Shown here one piece after another: positions 55,036 through 64,000 of a DNA stretch of 64,000 nucleotides. The position numbers were made by a program, and so were the translations under genes. The stretch is from an uncultured Clostridia bacterium. GTDB lineage: Bacteria; Bacillota; Clostridia; Christensenellales; UBA1242. The notes under the pieces were generated by a model. The model had not been told where the DNA came from, did not search any database, and saw only the letters and a list, made by a program, of their open reading frames with translations. The DNA is taken from contig CAOJSF010000005.1 of assembly GCA_948442695.1 (NCBI GenBank), positions 4,168-68,167 of the forward strand, written 5' to 3'. Every line of letters starts with the position of its first letter. The first letter of the stretch is position 1.

Positions 55036-57354
55036 ATGGTAAAAAACATCATGAAAAGAGACGGCAGAGTCAAAGAATTTGATATTTCAAAGATTGAAAG
55101 TGCCATTTCAAAGGCAATGAATGCCGTTGGAGACAGAGAATTTAAAATTGCTGCAAAACTTGCACGCACTGTTGAAGAAGAGATTGACAAGCAATTTGTT
55201 GAAGGCAATATTCCTTCGGTAGAACAGGTTCAAGACATTGTCGAAAAAGTGCTGATGAAAAAAGGACATGACGATGTTGCAAAGGCATATATCATATATC
55301 GTCAAAAACGCAATCAGGTCAGAGAGATGAATTCAAACCTCATGAAAACCTTTGACAAAATCAACAACAGCGACGCCAAAGACAGCGATCTCAAGAGAGA
55401 AAATGCAAATATTGATGGCGACACACCTATGGGTGTTATGCTTAAATTTGGTTCTGAATCGGCTAAAAACTATTTCACAAATGCCATTATCGACCCAAAA
55501 CAAGGCAAGGCTCATCAAGAAGGTGACATTCACATTCACGATTTTGATTTCTACACTCTCACAGAAACTTGCTGTCAAATTGATGTTGAAAAACTCTTTA
55601 AAGGTGGATTTCATACAGGTCATGGCTTTGTCAGAGAGCCTAATGATATAAGGACTTATTCTGCACTTGTCTGCATTGCAATTCAATCAAACCAAAATGA
55701 CCAACATGGTGGACAGAGTGTGCCAAACTTTGATTATGGATGTGCACCTGGTGTTGCAAAGACTTATAAAAAACTTTATAGGACAAACTTTGCCAAAGCC
55801 TACATTTTAAAAGAGGCTGGCACTCTCAGTGAAGAACAAGTCATTGAAACACTTAAAAATATTGAAAAAGAAAAATCTCTTTATCCTACCCTTGCAGAAA
55901 ACAAAGGCTATGACAAAGCAGAAAAAGAGGCTTTTAAAGATTTAAATGATGACACTTTTGCAAAAATCAAAAAATATGCAACTGAAAAAGGTTTCGCAGA
56001 AACTGATGAAGCAACTCATCAGGCAATGGAAGCACTTGTCCACAACCTCAACACCATGCATTCTCGTGCTGGCGCACAGGTGCCATTCTCATCTTTAAAC
56101 TTCGGAACAGACACTTCACCTGAAGGTAGAATGGTCATGATAAATTTCCTCAAGGCAACCGAAGAAGGTTTAGGAAATGGCGAAACTCCTATCTTCCCTA
56201 TCTCAATCTTCAAAGTCAAAGAAGGTGTCAACTACAATCCAGGCGACCCAAACTATGACATTTTCAAACTTGCAATCAGATGTTCTGCAAAGAGAATGTT
56301 TCCAAACTTCTCATTTATCGATGCTCCATACAACCTTAAATATTATAAGGAAGGTCATCCAGAAACCGAAGTTGCATACATGGGATGCAGAACAAGAGCA
56401 ATGGGCAATGTTTATGACCCAACAAGAGAAATCACATTTGGAAGAGGCAACCTTTCATTTACATCAATCAACCTTCCTAGAATTGCCATTGAATCAAAGG
56501 GCGATTTAAAGAAATTCTATTCTCGCCTTGACGAACTTTTGGAACTTGTCACCGACCAACTTCTTGACAGATTTAAAATCCAACAATCAAAACACGTCTA
56601 CAACTATCCTTTCCTTATGGGACAAGGCGTTTGGATTGATTCTGAAAAACTCGGTCGTGACGAAAGCATAGCAGAAATTTTGAAACATGGAACTCTCACA
56701 TATGGATTTATCGGACTTGCTGAAGCACTTGTTGCTCTCACAGGCAAGCACCATGGAGAAAGCGAAAAATCATGGCAAATAGGACATGACATAATAAAAC
56801 ATATGCGTGAATTTGCTGACAAAAAAGCAGAACAATATAAACTCAACTTCTCAGTCATAGCGACTCCAGCTGAAGGTTTAAGCGGAAGATTTATTAGAAT
56901 AGACAAAGAAAAATATGGCAAAATTGAGGGCGTGACAGACAGAGAATATTATACAAACAGTTTCCATGTCCCAGTATACTATGACATCACTGCAGAGAGA
57001 AAGATTGACCTTGAAGCACCTTTCCATGAACTTTGCAATGGCGGTCATATCTCATATATAGAACTTGATGGTGACGCAACAGCAAACCTTGACGCCTTTG
57101 AAAGAATCATCAGACATATGAAAGAAAAAGGCATCGGCTATGGTGCAATCAACCACCCTATCGACAGAGACCCTGTTTGCGGATACAACGGAATCATCGG
57201 TGACACCTGCCCACACTGTGGAAGAAGTGAAAAAAATGGTCAAGGAAATTTTGAACGCATAAGAAGAATCACTGGCTATCTTGTTGGAACACTTGATAGA
57301 TTCAACAATGGCAAACGAGCAGAAGAACACGACAGAGTAAAACATGGCGTTTAA
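55036..57354 (+). CDS. nrdD: anaerobic ribonucleoside-triphosphate reductase (class III)
   Basis: N-terminal ATP-cone (IMKRDGRVKEFDISKIESAISKA), a C-terminal Zn site (CGYNG..CPHCG) and the glycyl-radical motif RRITGYLVG. Confidence 0.9.
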   Translation: MVKNIMKRDGRVKEFDISKIESAISKAMNAVGDREFKIAAKLARTVEEEIDKQFVEGNIPSVEQVQDIVEKVLMKKGHDDVAKAYIIYRQKRNQVREMNSNLMKTFDKINNSDAKDSDLKRENANIDGDTPMGVMLKFGSESAKNYFTNAIIDPKQGKAHQEGDIHIHDFDFYTLTETCCQIDVEKLFKGGFHTGHGFVREPNDIRTYSALVCIAIQSNQNDQHGGQSVPNFDYGCAPGVAKTYKKLYRTNFAKAYILKEAGTLSEEQVIETLKNIEKEKSLYPTLAENKGYDKAEKEAFKDLNDDTFAKIKKYATEKGFAETDEATHQAMEALVHNLNTMHSRAGAQVPFSSLNFGTDTSPEGRMVMINFLKATEEGLGNGETPIFPISIFKVKEGVNYNPGDPNYDIFKLAIRCSAKRMFPNFSFIDAPYNLKYYKEGHPETEVAYMGCRTRAMGNVYDPTREITFGRGNLSFTSINLPRIAIESKGDLKKFYSRLDELLELVTDQLLDRFKIQQSKHVYNYPFLMGQGVWIDSEKLGRDESIAEILKHGTLTYGFIGLAEALVALTGKHHGESEKSWQIGHDIIKHMREFADKKAEQYKLNFSVIATPAEGLSGRFIRIDKEKYGKIEGVTDREYYTNSFHVPVYYDITAERKIDLEAPFHELCNGGHISYIELDGDATANLDAFERIIRHMKEKGIGYGAINHPIDRDPVCGYNGIIGDTCPHCGRSEKNGQGNFERIRRITGYLVGTLDRFNNGKRAEEHDRVKHGV

Positions 57355-57413
57355 TAATATAAATAATTAAACTTAAATTAAAAAATTCTTTTATAATGAT
57401 TAAATAATAAATT

Positions 57414-57441
57414 AAAACGGGCTTAATTAAAGGCTCGTTTT
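57414..57441 (+). terminator. hairpin after nrdD
   Basis: AAAACGGGC-loop-GGCTCGTTTT (9 bp with one G-T pair). The T-run is limited to the stem. Confidence 0.35.
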
Positions 57442-57667
57442 AATTACTAATTTTTTCACAATAAAGACAAATTTAAAGTAAAATTGCAAAAATTAACAAA
57501 AAAACCATGTTTTTTGTATGTTTTTTTCGATTTTTTCTTAAATTATCGTGAAAAATGATATTAATTTGATTTTTTAAAAAATCACCATTTCATCTTTTTT
57601 TCAATCAATCAAACTGTTTTTTTAATTTAAACAATAAAAAAATCATTAATTTACAAAGAGGTAAAAT

Positions 57668-58180
57668 ATGGCAAGAATAAGAATATCTGGCATTGTAAAT
57701 GACAGCATTGTTGATGGACCAGGACTTAGATATACAATTTTTACACAGGGATGTCCTCATCATTGCGAGGGTTGTCACAATCCTCAAACTCACACCTATA
57801 AAGGCGGAAAAAAAATTTCTCTAAAAAAAATAAAGAAAGACATTCTTTCAAATCCACTTCTTCAAGGAGTGACTTTCTCAGGCGGTGACCCTTTTGTTCA
57901 GGCAGAAAAACTTATTCCTGTGGCAAAGTTTATCAAAGAGCAAGGCTTAGAACTTGCCTGTTATACTGGTTATGTTTTTGAAATGCTGATAAGCGGAAAC
58001 ATCCCATATGCAAGAGAACTGCTTTCATATATAGATGTTTTGATTGACGGAAGATTTGTACTAAGTCAAAAGAGTTTAGATTTAAAATTCAAAGGCTCTA
58101 AAAATCAACGCACGATAGATGTTCAAGCCTCACTTAAAGAAGGCAAAGTGATTTTGATGACAGACCAGCGTTGGACTTAA
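57668..58180 (+). CDS. nrdG: anaerobic ribonucleotide reductase activating protein (radical SAM)
   Basis: FTQGCPHHCEGCHNP cluster motif, GVTFSGGDP; 170 aa. Confidence 0.9.
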   Translation: MARIRISGIVNDSIVDGPGLRYTIFTQGCPHHCEGCHNPQTHTYKGGKKISLKKIKKDILSNPLLQGVTFSGGDPFVQAEKLIPVAKFIKEQGLELACYTGYVFEMLISGNIPYARELLSYIDVLIDGRFVLSQKSLDLKFKGSKNQRTIDVQASLKEGKVILMTDQRWT

Positions 58181-58420
58181 AGTCACAAACTTTTATCGCA
58201 ATATAAGTTTTCTATAAAATTTTTATAAAACTCTTTAATCTATTTATTTATACTTACAATCAATATAAAACTTGATATAATAAATATTAATTGCCATGCA
58301 ATAAAAATAAAATATTTTGCTTTTATAATCACACATATTTTATACTGAAAATACAAACTTAAATATTTTCTCTATATAAAATATTCGCGGAAAATATTTC
58401 ATTCATTTATTCAGTTTGAG

Positions 58421-58459
58421 AAAAAAATATAAGGACGCTTTTTATCCTTATATTTTTTT
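58421..58459 (-). terminator. terminator of metG
   Basis: AAATATAAGGA-loop-TCCTTATATTT with a T-run on the minus strand. Confidence 0.6.
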
Positions 58460-58463
58460 AGTA

Positions 58464-60047
58464 TTATTTTGCATTTGCTATATTAAAAAGTTTTTCTGAC
58501 TCTAAATTGATATCAAGACGAGGGAACAAGATAGACAATTCTCCCAAAGTCTTGCCAGTTTCAAGTCCTTCAAAGTTGTCAAGATTTTTAAACTCTGCTG
58601 TTGGTTCAATTCCAAAAGCATTTAAAACTTTACTACTACTCTCTGGCATAAAAGCATAGATAAGTTCGCTTCCGATTCTTATAGCCTCAAGAAGATATCT
58701 CATAATAGTCTTAAGTCTTGCCTGACCACCCTCTTCTTTTGCCACAACCCATGGTTGCACCTTTTGAATATATGTGTTTGCATATGTGAATATATTCATG
58801 ACAGCGGTGATTCCACGAGTGATGTCAAGGTCATCCATTAATTTAAGGACATTTTTTACTTCATTTAATACATTTGCTTTAAACTCTTTATCATCCCCTT
58901 CAATCTGCTCAGCATCTGTGATAACTGAATCAAAATATTTTTTGACCATACTGAAAGTTCTTGAAACGAGATTTCCAAAGTTGTTTGAAAGGTCTGCATT
59001 TATTCTTGTGAGAAAGGCTTCAGTTGTATAGTTTCCGTCACTTCCGAAAGGAATTTCTCTGTAAAGGAAATATCTGACAGCATCAGCGCTATACATAGGC
59101 ACAAGCACACGAGGGTCAGTGCATTCTTTTACACCCGCCTCTTTACTCTTTGAAAGTTTATCTCCGCCAAAAAGTATCCAGCCATGAGCGAAAATACGAT
59201 TTGGAAGTGGAAGGTCAAGCGCCATCAAGATTGCAGGCCAGATGATAGAATGGAATCGGACAATTTCCTTTCCTATCACATGCACATCGGCAGGCCAGAA
59301 CTTTTTATAATTGCTCTCATCATCACTTAGATAGCCTAAAGCGGTTATGTAATTTGAAAGTGCATCAATCCAAACATAAATTGTATGCTCTTTATCAAAC
59401 TCAACAGGCACTCCCCATTTGACAGATGTTCTTGAAACGCATAAATCATTTAAGCCTGGTTTGATAAAATTATTCACCATTTCATTGACACGACTTGCTG
59501 GCTCAAGGAATTTTGGATTTGATTTATAAAGTTCGATAAGTTTATCACCAAATTCAGAAAGTTTAAAGAAGTATGCCTCTTCCTCCTGAAATTTTACCTC
59601 TCTTCCGCAGTCAGGACATTTGCCATCAACCAGTTGACTTTCGGTCCAGAAAGATTCACATGGTGTGCAATACCAACCTTTGTATGAGTCCTTATAAATA
59701 TAGCCCTTATTAAAAAGTTCTGTAAATATTTTCTGAACTGCCTTTTCATGATAATCATCAGTTGTCCTGATAAATTTGTCATATTCAATATCTAAAAGTT
59801 TCCATAAAGCCTTTGTGTCGGCAACAATCTCATCAAGATATTCTTTCTCTGTTTTTCCAACTTTAGAAGCAGATTGTGAAATTTTTTGACCATGCTCATC
59901 GGTCCCTGTCAAATAAAACACATCTTTGCCCAGTTTTTTATTGAATCTTGCAATGGCATCACAAACTATTGTCGTATAAGAATTGCCCAAAGTCAATTTG
60001 TTGCTAGGATAATAAATAGGCGTTGTAATATAAAATTTCTCTTTCAT
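58464..60047 (-). CDS. metG: methionine--tRNA ligase (short form, no C-terminal EMAP-like domain) with a non-canonical HIGH motif
   Basis: FYITTPIYYPSNKLTLGNSYTT (TLGN where HIGH is expected), Zn knuckles CTPC..CPDCG, and KLSKSK (KMSKS). Start at the ATG after GGAGGA (60047), not the track start 60092. Confidence 0.85.
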   Translation of the reverse strand: MKEKFYITTPIYYPSNKLTLGNSYTTIVCDAIARFNKKLGKDVFYLTGTDEHGQKISQSASKVGKTEKEYLDEIVADTKALWKLLDIEYDKFIRTTDDYHEKAVQKIFTELFNKGYIYKDSYKGWYCTPCESFWTESQLVDGKCPDCGREVKFQEEEAYFFKLSEFGDKLIELYKSNPKFLEPASRVNEMVNNFIKPGLNDLCVSRTSVKWGVPVEFDKEHTIYVWIDALSNYITALGYLSDDESNYKKFWPADVHVIGKEIVRFHSIIWPAILMALDLPLPNRIFAHGWILFGGDKLSKSKEAGVKECTDPRVLVPMYSADAVRYFLYREIPFGSDGNYTTEAFLTRINADLSNNFGNLVSRTFSMVKKYFDSVITDAEQIEGDDKEFKANVLNEVKNVLKLMDDLDITRGITAVMNIFTYANTYIQKVQPWVVAKEEGGQARLKTIMRYLLEAIRIGSELIYAFMPESSSKVLNAFGIEPTAEFKNLDNFEGLETGKTLGELSILFPRLDINLESEKLFNIANAK

Positions 60048-60082
60048 TAAGTCCTCCAAATAAGTTTTGTCATAATAAGAAA

Positions 60083-60111
60083 ATAATAACATTATTTAAA
60101 AATATTGTCAA
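60083..60111 (-). promoter_or_regulatory. sigma-70-type promoter of metG
   Basis: Minus strand TTGACA (60111-60106), 17 nt, TATTAT (60088-60083). Confidence 0.55.
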
Positions 60112-60234
60112 GCAAAATTCTTCTTTTTGTCGCCTTTGCTCTCTCAACAATTTTCACCTTTTTTATACAAAGTTTCACCTTTTTGCAAAATGAAATTTTT
60201 GTTTTTATATAGATAAAAATGCTAAAATACTTAT

Positions 60235-60456
60235 ATGAGAAATCGTTTTTTCTTTTTGCTGGGGCTGGTGATTTTGATGACAATCATTTGGATGGCCACA
60301 GTGATGGGAATTGAGAAAAATAGAAAAGACAACTCAAATGACAAGATTGTCATTAGTTTTTGCATAAACAAAAGCAAAAAATATAATCTTAAAAAGGATT
60401 TTTATTATAAGGATTTTTATAATTTAGATTTAATTAAGTTTTGTAATGACAAATAA
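60235..60456 (+). CDS. possible small membrane protein (73 aa)
   Basis: One N-terminal TM (FFFLLGLVILMTIIWMATVMGI); no clear RBS. Confidence 0.25.
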   Translation: MRNRFFFLLGLVILMTIIWMATVMGIEKNRKDNSNDKIVISFCINKSKKYNLKKDFYYKDFYNLDLIKFCNDK

Positions 60457-60548
60457 AACAATATTTAAATATCGGTCGCAAAAAGACAATATCTGAAATA
60501 GATAATTTAATTCTTGCAAAAATTGCTATAATATGATATAATTTGCGT

Positions 60549-61331
60549 ATGCGAATTATTAATTTAGCCTCTGGAAGCGATGGCAATATCACATACATAG
60601 AAAATGGAAACACAAAGTTATTGTTGGATGATGGTCTCAGTTGCCTTGAAACTGTCAAAAGACTTGAAAAAATTGATGTTAATCCAAATGATATTGATGC
60701 CATTTTAATAAGTCATGAGCATTCTGACCACATAAAAGGTGTGGATGTTTTTTCAAGCAAGTTTGACACCCCTGTTTATGCACATGAAAATGTGTGGAGT
60801 GGACTTGACGGAAAACTTAAGAAGGTAAAAAATGAAAATCGAAAGATGTTTGACAATCGTTTTACTTTCAAAGATTTTGATATAAATGCAATAGAAGTGC
60901 CACATGATGTAAAATGTTATGGTTTCAGTTTTGAAAATGAAAACAAAAAGATAAGCGTTCTGACCGATTTAGGCCATATAAACGACAACATTCTTTATTC
61001 AATTAAGGGAAGCGGACTTGTTTATCTTGAAGCAAACTACGACAAAAATCTTCTTATGAAATCAGTCAAATATCCTCTTTCATTAAAATTGCGAATTGAT
61101 GGTCCACGAGGACATCTTTCAAACAATGCAAGCAGTCAGGTGGTTGAGTTTCTGGCTAAAAATGGGACTCGTCAAATAGTGCTTTCACATCTCAGTCGTG
61201 AAAACAACACCCCTCTTCTTGCATATAATTCTATATGCGAAAACATCAAAAAACAGGGAATAATTGAAGGACAAGACATTATGATAGATGTTGCAGGTCC
61301 AAATATAAGCACTATGTTTAAATTAAAATAG
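60549..61331 (+). CDS. MBL-fold metallo-hydrolase (YycJ/WalJ-like)
   Basis: LASGSDGN, ILISHEHSDH and a C-terminal LSHLS. Start taken at the ATG at 60549. Confidence 0.8.
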   Translation: MRIINLASGSDGNITYIENGNTKLLLDDGLSCLETVKRLEKIDVNPNDIDAILISHEHSDHIKGVDVFSSKFDTPVYAHENVWSGLDGKLKKVKNENRKMFDNRFTFKDFDINAIEVPHDVKCYGFSFENENKKISVLTDLGHINDNILYSIKGSGLVYLEANYDKNLLMKSVKYPLSLKLRIDGPRGHLSNNASSQVVEFLAKNGTRQIVLSHLSRENNTPLLAYNSICENIKKQGIIEGQDIMIDVAGPNISTMFKLK

Positions 61332-61446
61332 TAAATATTGAATAAAACAAAGGTAAAACTTCACAAATTTTAATATTTTTTGAAAAGAGGTATTGAAATT
61401 TGATTTATAATGTGCTAAAATATAATATATAAATTCGGAGGGAATT

Positions 61447-63258
61447 ATGGAAAAACTCATACACATATTACCTAAATTAATCACAAACGAAGACACACAG
61501 TGGCTTAGAAAAATTGTAAAAGACCCTGATGATCTCACTCGTTTTATCGTTGAACATTTCAACACAAAACTTTATCGCCTTTCAATTATGAAAAGAGCAT
61601 CTTTTAAATATGATAGTTATGGCAATGAAATTAATGATAATACAAGCATTGAGGATCTTATAAATGCAGTTGAAAAACATCATTCTGAAAATCAAAGTTT
61701 TGCCAAACTTTTAGAAGAACTTAATTCAAGAATTGATTGCAATGGAAAATCTGCATCTTCTATTCTTTGGGCTTCATCTATCTTAAACAATCTTGAAGGA
61801 CATAATATTAATCAAAATATAATAAGCGAAGCATTTTTCACTGTTTTATCTACTATGTCTGAATCAGAAAAAAATATCAACGATTTGAGAAATGAACTTT
61901 TAACTCTTGTTGAAAATGATAAAAAACTTGAACAAATCGCAAACACCAGCCTTGTATCTTCTCTTATTATGAACCCAAATGTTCAAGAATCAAACATCTT
62001 CTATGATTTCAATACTTTTACAAAGATTGAAAATGATACTAGCATTGAAATCAAATCTAAGCAAGACCTTTTTGATGCACTTTATGATTTAGATAATTAT
62101 AATGCCTGCATTGAATATATCAAAAATGTTTATCTCAACGAAATTGACCCTACCCTCGACGGTTTCTGCGAAAATGACAATCACAGAACTTATAAAGCGC
62201 TTATCATTGCAGCCGCTCTTGCAAGTGAGACATACAAACATGATGACGAATTTGACAAAGACAACAACATCGGTCACAACCTAGTTGCCGACATTTACAA
62301 ACTTCGCAGAGTAATCAACAAAGAACATATCTATTCTGAAATTACAAACAAGGTAAACGGTCTTGAATATTCAGCAGGAAGAATTGCATCAGAAATTCTG
62401 GGCAGAGAACTTGAAGTTGCCAAAAAGCAAGATAGAATATTCAATCTTCCTAAGTCACAATTTAAGACAGGAAATGCAGAAGACTATATCAAAAACAATC
62501 TCAATGCCTTTGGAAAACTTATAAAACCAAATCTCGATTACACTCTTGACCTTTTAAATACTATTAAAACACTCAAGAAAAAATATCAAGCAAAAGCAAA
62601 ATATCGCAAGAGCGAACGCACAGAAGAAACAATCAATTTCCTTGCAAAAGAATTGAATGTTGAATTTATTCCAAATGAAACAATTTCCCCAAAAGAACAA
62701 CTCATGCAAAAACTTGACATTCTTGAAAATGTTTGTGACAATAGACACAGAGATTTGTCTAGAATTGAAGATATATACAAGCAAGTAAAAACAAAACAGA
62801 AAACAAATCTTGACATTGAAAATGTTGAATTTGATAAAAAACTTCTCGGCAAGAATGTTGCTCTTAAAACTGACCTTCACGAAAAAGCAATCAAAGAATT
62901 CTTCAAATTAGTAGAACTTGACAAATCAATTTCAATCAAAGGTGATAAAAATGAAAAACTTCTTCTTCTCTCACCTAAAATGATTCTTGCAAAATTGAAG
63001 AAAATCGCTGCTAGCAACAAAAAAGAATTGCCTACAATCAATGACCTTTACAATCATTTCCGCATAACACCTGCTGATATGATAAAGAATATAACAACAG
63101 GATATTATGCAAACAATGATGGTTCTGTCAACAAAGAATATGCAGATTTGTATAAAAAACTCAATGACAAAACTGTAGACAAATACGAAAAGGCAAAAAT
63201 TATTGAAGAAGCCGAACTTAGCGAAGAAGATAAGGAAGCCTTGAATAAATCATTGTAA
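61447..63258 (+). CDS. hypothetical 603-aa helical cytoplasmic protein
   Basis: GGAGGG RBS, no TM and no recognisable motif. Confidence 0.55.
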   Translation: MEKLIHILPKLITNEDTQWLRKIVKDPDDLTRFIVEHFNTKLYRLSIMKRASFKYDSYGNEINDNTSIEDLINAVEKHHSENQSFAKLLEELNSRIDCNGKSASSILWASSILNNLEGHNINQNIISEAFFTVLSTMSESEKNINDLRNELLTLVENDKKLEQIANTSLVSSLIMNPNVQESNIFYDFNTFTKIENDTSIEIKSKQDLFDALYDLDNYNACIEYIKNVYLNEIDPTLDGFCENDNHRTYKALIIAAALASETYKHDDEFDKDNNIGHNLVADIYKLRRVINKEHIYSEITNKVNGLEYSAGRIASEILGRELEVAKKQDRIFNLPKSQFKTGNAEDYIKNNLNAFGKLIKPNLDYTLDLLNTIKTLKKKYQAKAKYRKSERTEETINFLAKELNVEFIPNETISPKEQLMQKLDILENVCDNRHRDLSRIEDIYKQVKTKQKTNLDIENVEFDKKLLGKNVALKTDLHEKAIKEFFKLVELDKSISIKGDKNEKLLLLSPKMILAKLKKIAASNKKELPTINDLYNHFRITPADMIKNITTGYYANNDGSVNKEYADLYKKLNDKTVDKYEKAKIIEEAELSEEDKEALNKSL

Positions 63259-63292
63259 AATTGATTAAACACTATTCATAATCAAATTGTAT

Positions 63293-63327
63293 AAAAAAGA
63301 CTGCTTAAATTAAGCGGTCTTTTTTTA
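63293..63327. terminator. bidirectional terminator
   Basis: AAAAGACTGCTTAA-a-TTAAGCGGTCTTTTTTT. Confidence 0.6.
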
Positions 63328-63418
63328 ATGTTTATATAATTTTACTTTGCAAATATAAGATAAAAAAGGAAAAATAAAATTTTAATATTTCATCTTTTAA
63401 ACACTTAAGTTCTTCTTT

Positions 63419-64000
63419 TTAGTTTTCAAGCATCTTTTTCAGATATTTTGCCGTGTAAGATTTTTCGCATTTTGCAACCTCTTCAGGCGAGCCTTGTGCA
63501 ACAATTCTTCCACCACCATCACCACCTTCTGGGCCCAAATCAATTATATGGTCTGCACTTTTGATTACATCAAGATTATGTTCTATAACAACAACAGTGT
63601 TTCCATTTTCAACAAGCCTATTTAAAATCTGAATCAATTTCTTTACATCATACATATGAAGGCCTGTTGTAGGTTCATCAAGAAGATAGATAGTCTTGCC
63701 TGTCGACCTTTTTGAAAGTTCTGTCGCAAGTTTGACCCTCTGTGCTTCACCACCTGAAAGTGTTGTTGCAGGCTGACCCAACTTGATATAATCAAGCCCA
63801 ACATCATGAAGTGCCTGAACTTTATTTTTAATTGAAGGTATATTTTCAAAGAATTTAAGAGCCTCTTCCACTGTCATATCAAGCACATCTGAAATGCTTT
63901 TTCCTTTAAATCGAACTTCCAAAGTCTCTCTGTTGTATCTCTTGCCCTTACAAGCCTCACATGGCACAACTATGTCTGGCAGGAAATACATTTCAATTTC
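63419..64000 (-). CDS. uvrA: excinuclease ABC subunit A, C-terminal part (gene continues beyond the window)
   Basis: [62 protein letters not shown]. The frame is open to the window end. Confidence 0.9.
   Translation of the reverse strand, partial: EIEMYFLPDIVVPCEACKGKRYNRETLEVRFKGKSISDVLDMTVEEALKFFENIPSIKNKVQALHDVGLDYIKLGQPATTLSGGEAQRVKLATELSKRSTGKTIYLLDEPTTGLHMYDVKKLIQILNRLVENGNTVVVIEHNLDVIKSADHIIDLGPEGGDGGGRIVAQGSPEEVAKCEKSYTAKYLKKMLEN

Noticed and set aside
60152-60184. The direct repeat TTTCACCTTTTT x2, spaced 21 nt apart, upstream of the metG promoter.
   Set aside because: It could be a regulator site or UP-like element, but two T-rich 12-mers in an AT-rich spacer are weak evidence and no T-box or other leader accompanies them.

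Overview
This is an AT-rich (by eye about 30% GC) chromosomal segment that uses the standard code: TGA closes real genes, and every long ORF encodes Trp as TGG. The gene content points to a low-GC Firmicutes/Mollicutes-related anaerobe with a cell wall (single-chain GlyRS behind a T-box, PASTA-bearing class B PBP, rsmH-ftsL-pbp order, nrdDG, rubrerythrin). All calls rest on motif recognition by eye; no homology search was possible. Layout, left to right: (1) ppa and tRNA-Arg(ACG), followed by a ~14.3 kb almost one-directional island bounded by a 17-bp direct repeat. The island carries three secreted or anchored surface proteins. It also carries a filamentous-phage (inovirus/plectrovirus-like) module: a Zot/pI-type ATPase, a two-tyrosine HUH rolling-circle Rep, small single-TM and basic proteins, and four hairpin-dense noncoding blocks. 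An IS30-family transposase sits at its right end. (2) An SPFH/zinc-ribbon membrane operon ending in a P-loop kinase-Ham1/ITPase fusion whose first codons are a (TA)9 microsatellite. (3) A transglutaminase-like gene inactivated only by in-frame TAA/TGA codons. (4) Redox and housekeeping genes (rubrerythrin, U32, ferritin-like, cls). (5) A 10.7 kb gene for a 3560-aa N-terminally anchored surface protein. (6) ABC-F and T-box-glyQS. (7) A compact three-gene operon that I rank as the best candidate for an undescribed RiPP-type system: a 148-aa protein ending in GG plus a Ser-rich C-x6-C-x6-C tail, a radical SAM enzyme, and a HemN-like radical SAM enzyme. (8) Tandem YugP-like Zn-peptidases, dcw genes, nrdDG, a MetRS whose HIGH signature reads TLGN, an MBL hydrolase and a partial uvrA. 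No rRNA, CRISPR array or cas genes were seen.
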